Shown one piece after another: positions 61,256 to 64,000 of a stretch of 64,000 nucleotides of DNA. The notes beneath the pieces were generated by a model that was not told the origin of the DNA, made no database searches, and saw only the letters and a list, made by a program, of their open reading frames with translations. Positions within the stretch are counted from its first letter, which is position 1; every line of letters begins with the position of its first letter. Location: contig OY969807.1 of NCBI GenBank assembly GCA_963703285.1, forward strand, positions 2,048,001-2,112,000. Direction: 5' to 3'. Source of the DNA: an uncultured Nitrososphaerota archaeon (GTDB lineage: Archaea; Thermoproteota; Nitrososphaeria; Nitrososphaerales; Gagatemarchaeaceae). A program made the translations under genes and the position numbers.

Positions 61256-61519
61256 CTACTTCGCAGGCACGGCCGCCGACAGCATCTCTACGTGCTTGTT
61301 TGCAAGGGCCTTCCTCTCCTCCTCCGTCATCTCCCTCATGTGCACCGAGAGGGTGACCGTGCCGTTCAGCTCCAGGCTCATCCTGACGTTCGGGAGCGTA
61401 ACGCTCACCTTGTCAAAGTTCAGTTCGAGTTTCGAGTGCTTGTTCGCAAGGGCCTCGAGCACGCCGCCGAAGACCCCCTTCTCCAGTCCTGCCATTCCCT
61501 TCTCCTTTTCTTCAGACAT
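61256..61519 (-). CDS. Small hypothetical protein
   Basis: ATG 61519 with TAAATA box ~28 nt upstream. Confidence 0.65.
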   Translation of the reverse strand: MSEEKEKGMAGLEKGVFGGVLEALANKHSKLELNFDKVSVTLPNVRMSLELNGTVTLSVHMREMTEEERKALANKHVEMLSAAVPAK

Positions 61520-61569
61520 ACCCTCGAAAGTCGGACGACGGGTATTTACACATTTGGCCGGCAATCTCC

Positions 61570-62703
61570 CTAGAGGTGCCTCGTCTTCCTCCTGACGACG
61601 ACCCCCTTCGACGCGAGCTCGGACAGGAGCCTCCTCACCTCCTTCGCACCGAGCGCGCTCTCGGGAGGGAGGACGCCCGCGCCGGCTATCTCGCCCCTGC
61701 CGAGCATCCTCGCGACCGTGGCTGCGGTGAAACCGGTGGTGCGACCCATCGAGGTTACATTGTTCTCCTCGTCGTAGTCGTCGAGGAGCTCGAAGGAGAC
61801 CTCGACCCTCTTCCCCCGGCGAGTTCCGACCGTTATGACCCTCATCACCGTGAAGTCCTTCGGGTCCCCCCTCGTCAGGAGCTTCTGAAGCACCGCGGCG
61901 GAGACTTCGGAGGGCACAACCGAGACCCCATCCACGTGGACCGCATCGCTGCTGAAGAACCCCGCGTCGAGGAGGAACTTTATCCTCTCGGCGTGTCCCG
62001 GGTATCTCAACGTCCTCTCGTCCAGCTGCTCCAGCCCCTTGAGCGAGTAGATGGAGGATCCGAGGCCGTCGGTGTAGAACGCCTCGAGCGTCCCTATCGG
62101 CTCGCGGAACCTCACCTTCTCCACCTCAGCGAAGGGCCCCACGTACCTCACCTCCGATGACCTCACCACCCTTGCGCTCACGTACTCACGGATGAGCCCC
62201 TTGACCGAGAAGAGCAGCCTGTACGAGAGCGGAGGCTCCGGCTTCTGCGGCAGCCCCCCCACGTAGATGTGGCCCTCCCTGGGCCGGTCCATCGACCTCA
62301 TCCCCTCCGCGACGAGGATGTTGGAGAGACCTGGCGCGACGCCGCACCCCGGCATCAGGACGGACCCTCGCTCCCTGGCCCTCCCGTCCAGGGCCATCTG
62401 TTCGTCCTCGAAAGCGATGTTCACGAGCTTTGCGCCGCAGTCGATGGCAGCCAGGTCTGCCGGATGGACGACTCCGTGGGGAAGCGCGCTGACCGCGGCG
62501 TCTGTCCCCCTGAGGAAGCGCTGGACGCGAGCCCTGTCGGTCACGTCAATCTTGGACGTCACGGCCCCGGACTTCTCCTTCACAGCGGCGAGCCTGTGCT
62601 CGTCGAAGTCTGCCACCCTGACCTCATCCACATCCTTCGACCTGGCAAGGTCCCAGGCTACGGCCGAGCCCATCATCCCCGCCCCGATGACAGCTATCTT
62701 CAT
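61570..62703 (-). CDS. Saccharopine dehydrogenase/lysine 6-dehydrogenase family protein
   Basis: GAGMMG, CGVAPGLSN, GGLP, TLRYPGH, MGRTTG, GVLPPE. Confidence 0.9.
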   Translation of the reverse strand: MKIAVIGAGMMGSAVAWDLARSKDVDEVRVADFDEHRLAAVKEKSGAVTSKIDVTDRARVQRFLRGTDAAVSALPHGVVHPADLAAIDCGAKLVNIAFEDEQMALDGRARERGSVLMPGCGVAPGLSNILVAEGMRSMDRPREGHIYVGGLPQKPEPPLSYRLLFSVKGLIREYVSARVVRSSEVRYVGPFAEVEKVRFREPIGTLEAFYTDGLGSSIYSLKGLEQLDERTLRYPGHAERIKFLLDAGFFSSDAVHVDGVSVVPSEVSAAVLQKLLTRGDPKDFTVMRVITVGTRRGKRVEVSFELLDDYDEENNVTSMGRTTGFTAATVARMLGRGEIAGAGVLPPESALGAKEVRRLLSELASKGVVVRRKTRHL

Positions 62704-62805
62704 CGCGGCGAGAGGGTTGTCATCCCGATTTAACGGTTGGTTGCCGTGGAGCGGGGACCACGACGACCAAGGGCGCGGTCGTCCGTCCACCGCAACGATG
62801 CCGGG

Positions 62806-63708
62806 CTAGGGCTCCCTCAGCCCGAGCGACTCGATGAAATTTATCGCGTCCTCGACGGACGGCTGAGCGGCGAGGCCGTGCCTTCCCTCCGCCCTGCAGT
62901 AAGCCCAAGTCGACCCCGCCAGGAGAGGGAGGAGCCTGTCGGTACTCAGCCCCGGCCCAACGCTGGTCACGGCGAAGGGCACCGTCGCCTCCCTCTGGAG
63001 CGAGAAGACGCAGCCCAGGACCTCGAACAGGTCCTGCCTCTGAGGCGTGTGCGACATCATGCTGACGAACTTCCCTCCCCTCTTCTCTGCCGCCCGCAGG
63101 ATCCTCCGCGCCTGCGTTTTTCGAAGCACGCCGGGCAAGCTACACGACATCACGACCTCGGCACCCGAGGCCCTCACCTCCTCGGCGAGATTGGACTGCA
63201 GCCTGACGACATCTCGTTCCATCGAGAGACCAGGGAGACTCAGACCAGGGAGACTCCGACCAGGGCCCGGGCCGCGTCCTGGTCTGCGCTTCCCTCCTCT
63301 TCCTGACGGCGAGCTGAAGGTGTCGAGCTCGATGTCGGCCGCGGCGGCTCCCAGCCCCACAGCAAGCTTCAGCGCATCCACCCTCGACTCCTCACTTATC
63401 TCCGGTAGGCGCGGGTAACCGTAGAGCGCCATGTACGACGGCCTTCGGTGGGCTGCTATGCAGGGCTTGGACGTGGAGCGGAAGATGTCTGATAACCCCT
63501 TGGAGCCGAGGGGAGAGAGGTTGACCTCGAACGAATCCACCATCCGATCGTACTTCTCGATCAGCTTGAGGCAATCCTGCACCGTCGGTTCGCTGACGAC
63601 CAGGCACGTGAACGGGACGCGGAGCTGGGAAAGCCCCGTCAGAGGACGGCCCCCAGAGGAGACAACTGACTCGAGCGGCCGGCCAGAGGCGGATGAACTT
63701 AAACCCAT
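62806..63708 (-). CDS. Type I 3-dehydroquinate dehydratase-like protein, apparently degenerate
   Basis: SFEVNL, ADIEL, VVMS, DRL, AGSTWAY, QPSV follow the AroD motif order; start uncertain. Confidence 0.6.
   Translation of the reverse strand: MGLSSSASGRPLESVVSSGGRPLTGLSQLRVPFTCLVVSEPTVQDCLKLIEKYDRMVDSFEVNLSPLGSKGLSDIFRSTSKPCIAAHRRPSYMALYGYPRLPEISEESRVDALKLAVGLGAAAADIELDTFSSPSGRGGKRRPGRGPGPGRSLPGLSLPGLSMERDVVRLQSNLAEEVRASGAEVVMSCSLPGVLRKTQARRILRAAEKRGGKFVSMMSHTPQRQDLFEVLGCVFSLQREATVPFAVTSVGPGLSTDRLLPLLAGSTWAYCRAEGRHGLAAQPSVEDAINFIESLGLREP
63227..63265. repeat. 15-bp tandem repeat (2.6 copies)
   Basis: AGACCAGGGAGACTC x2 plus a partial copy, giving SLPGLSLPGL. Confidence 0.85.
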
Positions 63709-63727
63709 GGGAAGCGGACCGATTCGG

Positions 63728-64000
63728 GTGCCTGAGAGGATATCAACCCCCCTACCCTCCCTCGTCCATCGCATGATCCTGATAGACTGTTCCGAGCTGC
63801 CCGTCGACGAGAAGTTGGCTCTCGCGGCCCGGATCTCGGACGAGATGGACGGGAGGGTGATTGCTCTGGTGAAGGGCAGGGACATCGTCCTCGACGAGGT
63901 CTCCGGCGAGACGCCCGCCATCTCTTCCGTCAGGTCCATCGTCGAGGACTTCGTCTCACATCGAAAGGAAGGCTCGCGCTACTCCCTGGATGTCTCCGGC
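63728..64000 (+). CDS. 5' part of a hypothetical protein running off the window
   Basis: CTTAAA box 30 nt before GTG 63728 (alternative ATG 63773); reads MILIDCSELPVDEKLALAARISDE..., open to the end. Confidence 0.65.
   Translation, partial: MPERISTPLPSLVHRMILIDCSELPVDEKLALAARISDEMDGRVIALVKGRDIVLDEVSGETPAISSVRSIVEDFVSHRKEGSRYSLDVSG

Overview
GC-rich archaeal chromosomal segment. TATA-like boxes sit ~30-38 nt before mostly leaderless ATG/GTG/TTG starts, and several Lrp/AsnC, RHH and wHTH regulators are present. This fits a non-ammonia-oxidising Nitrososphaerota-like organism (inference). No rRNA, tRNA, CRISPR array, integrase or transposase was recognised. Ordinary content: PadR + ABC-2 exporter, gcvPA/gcvPB with an ATP-NAD kinase-like gene, methylmalonate-semialdehyde dehydrogenase + class III aminotransferase, a Tat-exported three-subunit molybdo-flavoenzyme, a Cld/ChdC heme protein, rubrerythrin-VIT1 and saccharopine dehydrogenase. 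Three loci stand out. (1) One ~16.25 kb gene (10230-26484, ~5,400 aa) is split by a single extra base at ~17085; it has beta-rich repeats, an apparent LamG nested inside another LamG, and a C-terminal region with amphipathic beta-hairpins like pore-forming proteins. (2) A cassette of an 81-aa DUF5678-like protein plus two non-canonical retropepsin-like proteins occurs three times in decaying form; each copy follows the 3' end of a molybdoenzyme FAD-subunit gene whose stop codon overlaps a TTCATAA box exactly 30 nt before the next ATG. (3) A four-gene operon (33216-37953) encodes a helical protein, a membrane-anchored zinc-ribbon protein, a possible SelO/kinase-like protein and a GNAT. Family assignments come from motif recognition by eye, not database searches.
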